From positions 20,832,001 to 20,896,000 of the forward strand of contig NC_043023.1 in NCBI RefSeq assembly GCF_006345805.1: a DNA stretch of 64,000 bases, written 5' to 3'. Positions 39,441 through 53,010 of this stretch are shown here, in pieces (position 1 is the stretch's first letter; every line of letters starts with the position of its first letter). A program made the translations under genes and the position numbers. Below the pieces are notes generated by a model, which saw nothing but the letters and a program-made list of their open reading frames with translations, ran no database searches and had not been told where the DNA came from. The DNA comes from Octopus sinensis. Its lineage: Eukaryota.

Positions 39441-39602
39441 CCATGGGACCACGACAGAAGTATAAAAATAATGACCAAGACCATAGTGGTCACCAGCTGA
39501 CCATTGATGATAGGAATGACTTACATTTATAAAATAAAGACCAATTAACAGAGACAGAGAAATTATAGTATGAAGTGTAAAATTTGGAAATATTTATTTC
39601 AG

Positions 39603-39674
39603 AGTCTGTAAACCTGGGTGAGGAACATCTTCATAGTGTAGCAAAGAACTTAGGGAGTAAATGGCAGCAACTTG
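39603..39674 (+). CDS. Exon 10 (72 nt), N-terminal helices of death domain
   Basis: tatttcag ... G|gtgagt; (E)SVNLGEEHLHSVAKNLGSKWQQL(G) matches the death-domain LxxVAxxLGxxWxxLG pattern. Confidence 0.85.
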
Positions 39675-40009
39675 GTGAGTATAAAATACTGAATTGATTT
39701 CTATAAATTTTGCCATCATTTGAACTTGTGTTTGTTAGAATGACAGAGAACAGGTTCCATTCCTTACTTCCTATTAAATGGTTAGCGAAAGATATTACTG
39801 AAATTTCATTGAGGTTGGTGAAATAGATAAATTAGAAGATACACAAGAGTTAATAGTGTCGTTTGGGACAGGTAACTAAATTCTATTATTGTTTACAGGT
39901 AAACAGTTGAGTTAATGTCAATGTTTCTGTTTGTTTACATTGTTTACATTTCTACTAAATTTACTGATAGATTGTTGTTGTTGTTGTTGTTGTTTAGGCA
40001 GTTAGACTA

Positions 40010-40815
40010 AGTTGCCACTCCCAAACAGTTGAAGGCATCAGGGGGAGAGGTAGACCCAGGAAGACATGGGATGAGGTAATCAAGCATGACCTCAGAGCGT
40101 TGGGCCTCACTGAGGCAATGGCGAAGGACCGAGATCTCTGAAGATATGCTGTGACTGAAAGACCCGGGTTGCTTCTTGCACCAGTTCCGCATAGCCCCCT
40201 GCCCATTCAAAGTACCCTGGATCCCAGAACGTCCCGCTGTGCTTGAGGAGACCTGTTGAGTCAAGTACATGAACATGAACATGAACATCGAAATAAATAT
40301 CAATGGAAATAGTAGTTGTGATACCTGTGCCGGTGGCACATAAAAAGCACCATCCGAACGTGGCCGTAGCCAGCGCCGACTGGACTGGCTTCTGTGCCGG
40401 TGGCACATAAAAAGCACCATCCGAACGTGGCCGTTGCCATCGCCGCCCCGACTGGCTTCTGTGCCGGTGGCACATAAAAAGCACCATCCGAACGTGGCCG
40501 ATGCCATCGCCGCCCCGACTGGCTTCTGTGCCGGTGGCACATAAAAAGCACCATCCGAATGTGGCCGTTGCCAGCGCCGCCTTAGCTGGCTTCTGTGCCG
40601 GTGGCACGTTAAATGCTCCAACCGATCGTGGCCGATGCCGGACCTCTCTGGCGCGGAGTGGTTGGCGTTAGGAAGGGCATCCAGCTGTAGAAACTCTGCC
40701 AGATCAAGACTGGAGCCTGGTGCAGCCTCCTGGCTTCCCAGACCCCATCGAACCGTCCAACCCGTGCTAGCGCGGAAAACGGACTTTAAACGATGATGAT
40801 GATGATGATGATGAA
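40010..40815 (+). mobile_element. RTE-type LINE 3' end: ORF2 terminus, about 61-bp repeats, (GAT)n tail
   Basis: Reads GIRGRGRPRKTWDEVIKHDLRALGLTEAMAKDRDL, then a UTR shared with 18560-18925, 27585-27990 and 51190-51600. Confidence 0.8.
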
Positions 40816-40984
40816 TATGTGATGTGTAGCAAACACTATTGAATTGTTTGTTTGTGCGATTGAGATCATTCTAGTATCGTGCCCATTTCTGTTTTAATTG
40901 ATCCAGGTGTACCAAATATCACTGGTATTAGACATTTCTATCTTCGCTTTCCAGATATTTGTAAATGTTGATACTTATAAATTA

Positions 40985-42250
40985 TTAGGCGAGCTGGCAG
41001 AATCGTTAGCACGCCGGGCGAAATGCGTCGCCGTATTTCGTCTGCCGCTACGCTCTGAGTTCAAATTCCGCCGAGGTCGAATTTGCCTTTTATCCTGTCG
41101 GGGTCGATAAATTAAGTACCAGTTACGCACTGGGGTCGATATAATCGACTTAATCCGTTTGTCTGTCCTTGTTTGTCCCCTCTGTGTGCAGCCCTTGTAG
41201 GGTGTAAAGAAATAGGTATTTCGTCTGCCGCTACGTTCTGAGTTCAAATTCCGCCGAGGTCGACTTTGCCTTTTATCCTATCAGGGTCGATAAATTAGTA
41301 CCAGTACGCACTGGGGTCGATATAATCGACTAATCCGTTTCCGTTTGTCTGTCCTTTTTTGTCCCCTCTGTGTGTAGCCCCTTGTGGGCAGTAAAGAAAT
41401 AGGTATTTCGTCTGCCGCTACGTTCTGAGTTCAAATTCCGCCGAGGTCGACTTTGCCTTTCATCCTATCGGGGTCGATAAATTAAGTACCAGTTACGCAC
41501 TGGGGTCGATATAATCGACTTAATCCGTTTGTCTGTCCTTGTTTGTCCCCTCTGTGTGTAGCCCCTTGTGGGCAGTAAAGAAATAGGTATTTCGTCTGCC
41601 GCTACATTCTGAGTTCAAATTCCGCCGAGGTCAACTTTGCCTTTCATCCTTTCGGGGTCGATTAAATAAGTACCAGTTACGCACTGGTGTCGATGTATCG
41701 ACTTAATCCGTTGTCTGTCCTTGTTTGTTCCCCCTGTGTGTAGCCCCTTGTGGGCAGTAAAGAAATAGGTTTTCGTCTGCCGACATTCTGAGTTAAATTC
41801 CGCCGAGATCGACTTTGCCTTTCATTCTTTCGGGGTCGATAAATAAGTACCATTTACACACTGGGGTCGATATAATCGACTTAATCCGTTTGTCTGTCCT
41901 TGTTTGTCCCCTCTGTGTGTAGCCCCTTGTGGGCAGTAAAGAAATAGGTATTTCGTCTGCTGCTACATTCTGAGTTTAAATTCCGCCGAGATCGACTTTG
42001 CCTTTCATCCTTTCGGGGTCGATTAAATAAGTACCAGTTACGCACTAGGGTCAATGTAATCGACTTAATCCGTTTGTCTGTCCTTGTTGTCCCCTTTGTG
42101 TTTAGCTCCTTGTGGGTAGTAAAGAAATAAGTATTTCGTCTGCCGCTACGTTCTGAGTTCAAATTCCGTCGAGGTTGACTTTGCCTTTCATCCTTTCGGG
42201 GTCGATAAATTAGATACCAGTTGTGTACTGGGGTAGATTTAATGGACTGG
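40985..42250 (+). repeat. SINE family C tandem array, about 7 x 180 bp
   Basis: Head at 40988, then repeated body units. Confidence 0.85.
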
Positions 42251-42937
42251 CCCCCTCCCCAAAAAGTTTGGGTCTTGTGCCTAGAGTAGAAAAGAATTAT
42301 TAAATAATGATGGAAGAAGAAGCATCACAGATGACTATTTGTGTCATTGACCATAAGATGTTATCAAACGTCGGAAATAGACTCCTTTTGAAGGGTCTAT
42401 GGAGTAACGTTACTCGACAGGGTGTGTAGATTGGAGATTTGGGTGTCTCTCCAGACCAAACGGCTGCTTCTCTGCCTAGAGGAGTCAGAACTCCAGTAAC
42501 ACAGAAACATGATTAGAATGTCACAAAAATGAATCGCAAAACGGGTTCTTGAAGCTGAGCCAACTGACAGGAGACCCCTAGGGGTAGATCGAGACTAGAT
42601 TGTTGGATAAAATCCATAGTTTCAATTGGTCATGTTTGAGAATGGATTCAGAAAATCTTCTGATAGGACCCGACGAAGGAGATTCCTAAAGACTCTACCC
42701 CAGCAACCCTTCTATGAATAAAGGACAGAGAAAATGGATGGATGGATCAAATCGTGTAACTGTTGGTCTCTATTGATTCTTTAGGCTCTCATACACTCTT
42801 ACCTACAGAAAAATACTTCTCCTTCCTGCTGTTTACCAGAAATTTTCTCATGTAACTTTCAATTAATTCTTTAAAAAAAGTTTTTTTCTCCATTTCCATC
42901 ATTTATTTCAACGTGTTTTAACATCTTTAGAAATAGA

Positions 42938-43628
42938 GTGTGGAGGCACAATGGCCGAGTGGTTAGGGCAGCGGACTCGCGGTCGTAGGATCGCGGTTTC
43001 GATTCCCAGACCGGGCGTTGTGAGTGTTTGTTGAGCGAAAACACCTAAAGCTCCACGAGGCTCCGGCAGGGGATGGTGGTGATCCCTGCTGTACTCTTTC
43101 ACCACAACTTTCTCTCACTCTTACTTCCTGTTTCTGTTGTACCTGTATTTCAAAGGGCCGGCCTTGTCACTCTCTGTGTCACGCTGAATATCTCCGAAAA
43201 CTACATTAAGGGTACACGTGTCTGTGGAGTGCTCAGCCACTTACAAGTTAATTTCACGAGCAGGCTGTTCCGTTGATTCGGATCAACCGGAACCCTCGTC
43301 GTCGTAACCGACGGAGTGCTTCCATCCATATTGAGCGAAAACACCTAAAGCTCCACGAGGCTCCGGCAGGGGATGGTGGTGATCCCTGCTGTACTGTTTC
43401 ACCACAACTTTCTCTCACTCTTACTTCCTGTTTCTGTTGTACCTGTATTTCAAAGGGCCAGCCTTGTCACTCTCTGTGTCACGCTGAATATCCCCGAAAA
43501 CTACATTAAGGGTACACGTGTCTGTGGAGTGCTCAGCCACTTACATGTTAATTTCACGAGCAGGCTGTTCCGTTGATTCAGATCAACCGGGACCCTCGTC
43601 GTTGTAACCGACGGAGTGCTTCCAGTCC
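42938..43628 (+). mobile_element. SINE family B with duplicated body
   Basis: One head, two bodies; TSD AGAAATAGA (42929-42937, 43629-43637). Confidence 0.85.
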
Positions 43629-43767
43629 AGAAATAGAAACCAATGTCTTCTCTTTTCCCTGTTTCTTAAGTATTTCTCAATCCTCTAATCACAAAATTTC
43701 TTTGTTATATTCATAACAACCTATCGGTAATATTGTTGCAATTATGTTTGCTTTGTATCTTTTGCAG

Positions 43768-43973
43768 GAAGGGAATTGAGAATCAAACAAGTGGACCTGG
43801 ATGTTATCAAATACAATTACTCCAATGATGTTGTGGAACAGAGCTTCCAGATGTTGTATAAATGGTTTACAAGCTGTGATCCACCGAAACGCACACTTGG
43901 AACTTTAAAGGATGCTCTTAATAAAACGGAATGTTTCGATGCACTTGAACATCTGTCAATAGACGTAAATTGA
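43768..43973 (+). CDS. Terminal exon 11, remainder of death domain, stop TGA
   Basis: tttgcag acceptor, phase 1; (G)RELRIKQVDLDVIKYNYSNDVVEQSFQMLYKWFTSCDPPKRTLGTLKDALNKTECFDALEHLSIDVN*; the EQSFQMLYKW...TLGTLKDAL motif is death-domain-like. Confidence 0.88.
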
Positions 43974-44374
43974 ATTTCTGTAGAAAACGGTGCTATCGTT
44001 CCGTCTTGATTCTACCTTCGACAAACAGAGACCTATGTTCAAATGCTTTCCACCCAGGACCATCCTGTTTTTGTTTTTCCTAAGCATAGACAACCCATAA
44101 CCACATTGTATAATGTGTCCTTCTTTAAGTTGTGAATCGAGTAGGATTCGGCTGTTTGAAGCTGTTTGACAATTTCAGGAGAGTGCAAAGTAAAAATCGC
44201 AAGTGTAAAAAATACGAATCTTTTAGGTATTTGACGAAAATTGAATCAGTGATATGGAGAAATGTTCGCTATTTATTGGTAATTCGTTATAAGCACTTCG
44301 ATATATTATTTACATTAAATCATATTTGGAAATCTTCACAGAATGAGCAGTAATACAAATTTTATTTAACAAAA

Positions 44375-44771
44375 TCTCCCTATATATAAAGCTAAAGTTG
44401 TCTGTGTGTGTGTGGCAGGTTTGGTAGCCTTCAACTAATACTATCTCCTCCGAGACCCAGCAGCACAAGTTGACCAAAATTGAGAGCATGATAGAAGAAG
44501 GCTTGCTCATCCTTCTGTAGAAGAAAAAATTCAAATCAGACCATGTTAACACAAATAATTATTTACATCAAAAAGGTGCTTTTTTTTTCTATGAAAATCC
44601 CTATTTTTTACGATTTTTTTACTGCTTTGTCGCCATTTTTCGGTGTATTTCAACCAGAAAATGTTCACTTAATGAGAATAACAAGCTACATAATGCAACA
44701 TTTTTACTTTTCAAAAATTCCAATTCTAAAGGGTCGAAACAAACCCGAGCAACGCCGGGCTATACTGCTAG
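44375..44771 (+). mobile_element. Non-autonomous Helitron, third internal type
   Basis: a|TCTCCCTATATAT...AAACCCGAGCAACGCCGGGCTATACTGCTAG|t. Confidence 0.75.
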
Positions 44772-45129
44772 TAATAAATGAATTTAAACTACAAAGGGAT
44801 GTAATAAGAGCTATTACCCTTGCTCAGAATCCGTTCTCTCCTCCCATCTTTATATATTCAACAGATGACTCCGCCTATTACCTCATACCCTTCCTCTACC
44901 GGTAGATATTGTTATCGCTCGCCTTCTCTCTCTGTGGCTCTCTCTCACTTTCTCTTTTCTTTTTCCTTCTCTCCTTTATTCTCTTTTTCCCTTACTCTCT
45001 CTCTCTCTCTTACTCCCCCTCCCATTTATTCACGTCATACTTTCTATCTTTCTTCCACCCCCTCTCTCTCACTCGCTCTCTCTCTCTCTCTCTCTCGCCT
45101 ACAAAACATATCAATCGATTTCTCTCTCT

Positions 45130-46990
45130 TTGTCTCTTTTCTCTCGGCACCTCATTATATATTCAGTTTAACTACTCCGCCTCCCTTAATATATCGCTTA
45201 CCTCATCCTCTCCCTCACTTGCTTAAAGAAATCTATCATGTCTCTCCCTCTTTGTTTCTTTCTTTCATTCTTTCTCTCTGCCCCATACATTAACATATCC
45301 CTCCCCTTCCTTAGATTACCCTCTCCCTATCTCCTCCCACCTCATTATATATTCAGTTTAACTACTCCACCTCCCTTAATATAACGCTTACCTCATCCTC
45401 TCCCTCACTTGCTTAAAAACATCTCTCTCTGTCTCTCCCTCTTTCTTTCTTCCTTTCTTTCTTTCAATCTTTCTTTCTTTCTCTCCGCCCCCATACATTA
45501 ACATATCCCTCCCCTTCCTTAGATTTACCTCTCCGTATCTCCTCCCACCTCATTATATATTCAGTTTAACTACTCCGCCTCCCTTAATATATCGCTTACC
45601 TCATCCTTTCCCTCACTTGCTTAAAAACATCTCTCTCTGTCTCTCCCTCTTTCTTTCTTCCTTTCTTTCTATCTTTCTTTCTTTCTATCTTTCTTTCTTT
45701 CTATCTTTCTTTCTTTCTCTCCGCCCCATACATTAACATATCCCTCCCCTTCCTTAGATTCACTCTCCTTCTCCCTCCACCTCATTATATTCAGTTTAAC
45801 TACTCCGCCTCCTTAATATATCGCTTACCTCATCCTCTCCCTCACTTGCTTAAAAAATCTCTCTCTGTCTCTCCCTCTTTCTTTCTTTCTTTCAATCTTT
45901 CTTTTTTCTCTCCGCCCCATACATTAACATATCCCTCCCCTTCCTTAGATTTCCCTCTCCCTATCTCCTCACACCTCATTATATATTCAGTTTAACTACT
46001 CCGCCTCCCTTAATATAACGCTTACCTCATCCTCTCCCTCACTTGCTTAAAAACATCTCTCTCTGTCTCTCCCTCTTTCTTTCTTTCTTTCTTTCAATCT
46101 TTCTTTCTTTCTCTCCGCCCCCATACATTAACATATCCCTCCCCTTCCTTAAATTTCCCTCTCCCTATCTCCTCCCACCTCATTATATATTCAGTTTAAC
46201 TACTCCGCCTCCCTTAATGTATCGCTTACCTCATCCTCTCCCTCACTAGCTTAAAAACTCTCTCTGTCTCTCCCTCTTTCATTCTATCTTTCTTTCTTTC
46301 TTTGTTTCTATCTTTCTTTCTTTCTCTCCACCCCATACATTAACATATCCCTCACCTTCTCTAGATTTCCCTCTCCTTATCTCCTCCCACCTCATTATAT
46401 ATTCAGTTTAAATACTCCGCTCCTTAATATATCGCTTACCTCATCCTCTCCTCACTTGCTTAAAGAATATATCAGTCTCTCCCTCTGTTTCTTCTTTCAT
46501 TCTTTCTCTCTGCCCCATACATTAAATATCCCTCCCCTTCATTAGATTTCCCTATCCCTATCTCATCCCACCATTATATATCAGTTTAACTACTCCGCCT
46601 CCCTTAATATAACGCTTACCTCATCCTCTCCCTCACTTGCTTAAAAAATCTCTCTCTGTCTCCCTCTTGTTTCTTTCTTTCTTTCTTTCAATCGTTCTTT
46701 CTTTCTCTCCGCCCCCATACATTAACATATCCCTCCCCTTCTTTAGATTTCCCTCTCCCTATCTCCTCCCACCTCATTATATATTCAGTTTAACTACTCC
46801 GCCTCCCTTAATATATCGCTTACCTCATCCTTTCCCTCACCTGCTTAAAAAAATCTCTCTCTGTCTCTCCCTCTTTCATTCTTTCTTTCTTTCTTTCTAT
46901 CTTTCTTTCTTTCTCTCCGCCCCATACATTAACATATCCCTCCCCTTCCTTAGATTTCCCTCTCCCTATCTCCTCCCACCTCATTATATA
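45130..46990 (+). repeat. Pyrimidine-rich tandem repeat, about 9-10 units of 180-235 bp
   Basis: CCCCATACATTAAC recurs at about 45281, 45488, 45724, 45915, 46118, 46331, 46513, 46713, 46920. Confidence 0.9.
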
Positions 46991-47192
46991 TTACCCTTTC
47001 CCCTCCGCTTCTCTTAAAATAGATTATATTTTCAGATTTACCTTAAAATGTCTCCCAAGCTTATGTTGATTAGAATCAACTTAATTATTAACTAATGAAC
47101 TGCCCTGTAGATCATAATTGAGGAAATTAAATACTCCAGGCATTGAAGGAGAATTTAAGAAGCATTTGCTAAAAGATTTAGTTTATAAATTA

Positions 47193-47428
47193 CTAGCAGT
47201 ATCGCCCGGCGTTGCTCGGGTTTGCAAGGGAAATAACTATATAAGCATTTTTAGAGAGTTATAGCAAAAAAAAATGCATTAAAAATGGAAAAAAAATGAT
47301 GGTAAACTTTTTTAAAAATCGTTGAATCATCGAAGACATTTTTAGAGAGTTACTTCCCATTTTTTAATAGCGAAAAAATGCATTTAAAATGGAAAAAAAA
47401 TGATGGTAAATTTTTTTAAAAATCGTTA
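47193..47428 (-). mobile_element. 5'-truncated Helitron
   Basis: 3' CTAG and hairpin present, 5' end missing. Confidence 0.65.
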
Positions 47429-47698
47429 AAACTTAGTCACTACATCAGGACATCAAAGACGGGAAGTTCAGAAAACGGTTTGAAGAAATGAATTTTTACA
47501 TATAAAGCCATATTATTTATTTTTACTAAAAAAAAAAGAAAGAAAAAGAATCAAGACCGTATTTTTTTTTCCAAGGTCAAATTTTTTATGTACCCCAACT
47601 ATGGTATAGATTAATCCGGAGGCTTGACCGTTCATTGAGAACACACACACAGACAGGGTATTTTATATACCTCTATCTATCTATCTATCTATCTATCA

Positions 47699-47741
<43 letters not shown>

Positions 47742-48011
47742 CATATATATATATATAATATATAGATATATATATATATACTCTTTTACTTGTTTCAGGT
47801 CATGACTGTGACCATGCTGGAGCACCGCCGTTAATAGAGCAAGTCGACCGCAGGACCTATTCTTTGTAAGCCTAGTACTTATTCTATCGGTCTCTTTTGC
47901 CGAACTGCTACGTTACGGGGACGCAAACACACCAGAATCGGTTGTCAAGCGATGGTTGGAGGGGGTGAGGACAAACACAGACACCACAAACATACATTTA
48001 TATATATATAT

Positions 48012-48048
<37 letters not shown>

Positions 48049-48819
48049 TACAATGGTTCTTTCAGTTTCCGTCTACCAAATCCACTCACAAGGCTTCGTT
48101 CGGCCCGAGGCTATAGCAGAAGAAACTTGCCGAAGGTGTACGCAGTGGATCTGAGCCCGGAACCATATGGTTGATAAGCAAGCTACTTACCACACAGCCA
48201 CTCCTGCGCCTATTTATGTACCCCAAGTATAGTACAGATTAATCAATAGGTTTGAGGGTGCATTCAGGACGCACACCACAGACAGGGTTATTTATAATAT
48301 ATACATGTTTATATATATATATAATTATATATATATATATATATATAATATAATACATATATATATATATATATATACATATATATAATATTATATATAT
48401 ATTATATATATATATACATATATAGGCGCAGGAGTGGCTGTGTGATAAGTAGCTTGTACCAACCTCATTGTTCCGGGTTCAGTCCACTGCGTAGCACCTT
48501 GGGCAAGTGTCTTCTTCTTCTAGCCTCGGGCGACCAATCCTTGTGAGTGAATTTGGTAGACGGAAACTGAAAGAAGCCTGTCGTATATATGTATATATAT
48601 ATATATGTATGTGTATATGTTGGTGTGTCGGTTTGTCCCCTAGCATTGCTTGACAACCGATGCTGGTGTGTTCACGTCCCCGTCACTTAGCGGTTCGGCA
48701 AAAGAGACCGATAGAATAAGTACGGGGCTTACAAAAGAATAAGTCCCGGGCTTGATTGCTCGACTCTAAAGCGGTGCTCCAGCATGGCCGCAGTAAATGA
48801 CTGAAACAAGTAAAAGAGT

Positions 48820-49373
48820 CTATATATATATCATATATATATTATCTATATATAGATATATATAATATATATATATAGAGATATATGGTATATATATAGA
48901 TGTATATATATATATATAGGTAGATATATATATATGTATATATATATGTATATATAATATATATATATATAGATATATATATATTGTATATATATATAGG
49001 ATATATATATATATAATTATATATATCGTAATATATATATATATGTATTATATTATATATATGTATATATCTATTATATATGTATATATATATATATATA
49101 TGTATTATATAATGTAATTATATATATATGTATATATTATATATATGTATATATATGTAGTATATATATATATTATATAGATATATGTATATATATATAT
49201 ATATATATATAATATGATATATATATATGTATATATATATGTATATATATATATATCTATAGATATATGTATAATATATATATATGATATATATATATAT
49301 GTATATATAGATATATGTATATTATATATATATATATGTATCTATATAATGTAGTAATATATATATATATAGT

Positions 49374-49442
<69 letters not shown>

Positions 49443-49706
49443 GTATATATATATAATATGTATATATATATATGTATGTATATATATATATGTATATGTA
49501 TATATATATATGTATATGTAGATATATATATGTATATATATATATGTATATGTATATATATATAGGTATATGTATATATATATATGTATATGTATATATA
49601 TATATGTAATATATATATATATATATGTATATATTATAATTATATGTATTATATATAATGATATGTAATATATATATATATATGTATATATATAGATATA
49701 TATATG

Positions 49707-49738
<32 letters not shown>

Positions 49739-49749
49739 GTATATATATG

Positions 49750-49788
<39 letters not shown>

Positions 49789-49876
49789 GTATATGTAATA
49801 TATTTTTATGTATATATATTATATATTATATGTATATAATATATATATATATGTATATTATATATGTATATATATG

Positions 49877-49910
<34 letters not shown>

Positions 49911-49952
49911 GTATATATATAATATATATATAATATATATATATAATATGTT

Positions 49953-49988
<36 letters not shown>

Positions 49989-49990
49989 AT
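48820..49990. repeat. Degenerate (TA)n tract of about 1.2 kb (other long tracts at 11640-11985, 26530-27080, 50205-50575)
   Basis: Direct reading. Confidence 0.95.
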
Positions 49991-50266
49991 TACTTAATAG
50001 GGTGAGAGAATTAGATACAATTAATAGTATATTTATTCAACACCAAGTGGCCTAGTGTGCTACGAGAAACCTGGATTATTATAATATTTATAACATATAC
50101 AATACTTTTACAAAACAATATAAGAGATGGTCAATATATTGCTCACTCTAGCACCCTGTGCTAGAGTGAGCAATATATTGACCACTCTCTTATATTTGTT
50201 GTGTATATGTATATATATATATATATTATATATATTATTATTATATATATATATATATATATGTAT

Positions 50267-50321
<55 letters not shown>

Positions 50322-50323
50322 CT

Positions 50324-50383
<60 letters not shown>

Positions 50384-50442
50384 TATATATATATATATTA
50401 TATATGTATATATATATATATATATGTTATATATATATATAT

Positions 50443-50473
<31 letters not shown>

Positions 50474-50526
50474 TATGTATAATGTATATATATATATATA
50501 TATTATATATATATATATTATATATG

Positions 50527-50558
<32 letters not shown>

Positions 50559-50703
50559 GTATTATATATATATATCTTATAATTAAGGGCTAAAGAAGGT
50601 AATGTGAAAGCCAATACACTGATTTATCCACTTATATCCACTGTTACAGGAAAACTGAACTGAAAGCGGGCAACTAACCTTTAGAAAATTTAAATTTCGT
50701 TAA

Positions 50704-50762
50704 CTCTATATTGAATCAATTTCGGAATTAATCTATAAAGGATACATTCTTCTTCAGTAGAG
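50704..50762 (-). ncRNA. Type I hammerhead motif, family H6
   Basis: Minus strand CTCTA-CTGAAGA-aGAAT..ATC ctttata GAT..ATTCc-GAA-ATTG att CAAT-A|TAGAG; 5-bp stem I, 4-bp stem III, AUA site. Confidence 0.72.
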
Positions 50763-51567
50763 CTTACGAGGGAATATAAATAAAATACTCACATGCCATT
50801 ATGGAAAAAGCAGAAGCTAAAAACACAACTACATTTAAGTACATCACTTATATCTAAAAATAAAATTCCTTGGTCAGTCTCAGAACAACGTGTTGACCTA
50901 TCGCCGCTACATATTGTAATGGTTACCGGTCACCTTGTAACAAGCAGTGAGTTTACTACTAACAATATAGGATGAAGTCCCTTTCTCTACAGAAAAGGAT
51001 TCCATCAAAAAGCGTTGCAGTATATTAAAAAAACCATTACAGTGTATTGGCTATAGAATAACCTTCTTTAGCCCTTAATTAAAAGATGTTTATACTTCAA
51101 CCGTAATGGGTTTTTTTAATATACTGCCCACGCTTTTTGATGGAATCCTTTTCTGTAGAGAAAGGGACTTCATCCTATATTGTTAGTATATGCCAGCCTC
51201 GTCTGGCACCTGTGTCGGTGGCACATAAAAACACCATCCGAGCGTGGCCGTCTGCCAGCCTCGTCTGGCACCTGTGTCGGTGGCACATAAAAAACACCAT
51301 CCGAGCGTGGCCGTCTGCCAGCCTCGTCTGGCACTGTGTCGGGGGCACACTAAAAACACCATCCGAGCGTGGCCGTTTTGCAGCCTCGTCTGGCACCTGT
51401 GTCGGTGGCACATAAAATCACCCACTACAATCTCGGAGTGGTTGGCGTTAGGAAGGGCATCCAGCTGTAGAAACACTGCCAGATCTGACTGGACTGGTGC
51501 AGCTTTCGGGCTCCCCAGACCCCAGTTGAACCGTCCAACCCATGCTAGCATGGAAAGCGGACGTTAA

Positions 51568-51599
<32 letters not shown>

Positions 51600-51604
51600 A
51601 TATA

Positions 51605-52720
51605 TGCATGAAATACTGAACAAACAGTTGCAGAGTTTGTTCAGTCCACCTCTGGGACACAGGCAAGTGAACAAACCAGCAGAATTCTTTGTCACTTTAC
51701 CTGTAACCATAGAAGCAAAAAATGAGTACATAAACATAGAAGAAGCTGTAACACTGGCCATAGATGAGGCTGACACAAACTCAGCGGCTGGCCCTGATGG
51801 ATTTCCAGCCTTCCTTCTCAAATCGTGCAAGCAAGCCCTTGCAAAATCACTGCAACTTCTCTTTCGGAGCTTCCGCGCAAGTAGTAAGCTGCTAGGTCAA
51901 ACTGAAGGAAGGGATAATATGTGTTATCTATAAGAGAGGAATTAGAGCAGATGCTAAAAATTATAGGCCGATCTCTTTGACCTCACACATAAGCAAAGTC
52001 ATGTAACGAACGGTCCGAAAGGAAGTAATTGCATTCCTTGAAGAGGGGGGGGAGCACTCCGTCAGTTACGACGACGAGGGTTCCGGTTGATCCGAATCAA
52101 CGGAACAGCCTGCTCGTGAAATTAACGTGTAAGTGGCTGAGCACTCCACAGACACGTGTACCCTTAACGTAGTTCTCGGGGATATTCAGCGTGACACAGA
52201 GAGTGACAAGGCCGGCCCTTTGAAATACAGGTACAACAGAAACAGGAAGTAAGAGTGAGAGAGAAAGTTGTGGCGAAAGAGTACAGCGGGATCACACCAC
52301 CCCCTGCGGAGCCTCGTGGAGCTTTAGGTGTTTTCGCTCAATAAACACTCACAACGCCCGGTCTGGGAATCGAAACCGCGATCCTACGACCGCGAGTCTG
52401 CTGCCCTAACCACTGGGCCATTGCGCCTCCATATTCCTTGAAGAAAATGAGTTGCTGTCTGACACCCAGCATGGATTTCGACCAGGTAGAAGCTGTCTAA
52501 CATATCTCAAGAAACACTACGGTTGCACGGTAAAACAGATGCTAAGTGACTCAGGCGTGGATGTGATATATCTCGGCTTTGCAAAAACTTTTGATAAAGT
52601 TGACCACCGTATGATATCTCACAAACTGCGTGATTTCGGTATAGGCGGAAAACTTGGAGAGTAGCTTCACGGCTTTCTAAAAGATAGACGTCAGGCAGTA
52701 GTGGCCAACGGAACCATCTC
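51605..52720 (+). mobile_element. CR1-type LINE RT fragment interrupted by a SINE
   Basis: AAGPDGFPAFLLK..NYRPISLTSH..QHGFRPGRSCLT..VDVIYLGFAKTFDKVDH; SINE at 52045-52432 is flanked by TSD ATTCCTTGAAGA (52033-52044, 52433-52444). Confidence 0.85.
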
Positions 52721-52910
52721 CAAAGAAACACATAAAGCTCCACGAGGCTCCGGCAGGGGCTGGTGTCGAACCCTGCTGTACTCTTTCACCACAACTTTCT
52801 TTCACTCTTTCTTCCTGTTTCTGTTGTATCTGTATTTCAAAAGGGCCAGCCTTGTCACACTCTGTGTCACGCTGAATCTCCCCGAGATGTTTCAGTCATT
52901 GACTGCGGCC

Positions 52911-53010
52911 NNNNNNNNNNNNNNNNNNNNNNNNNNNNNNNNNNNNNNNNNNNNNNNNNNNNNNNNNNNNNNNNNNNNNNNNNNNNNNNNNNNNNNNNNN
53001 NNNNNNNNNN
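52911..53010. other. Assembly gap (100 N)
   Basis: Run of N. Confidence 1.
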
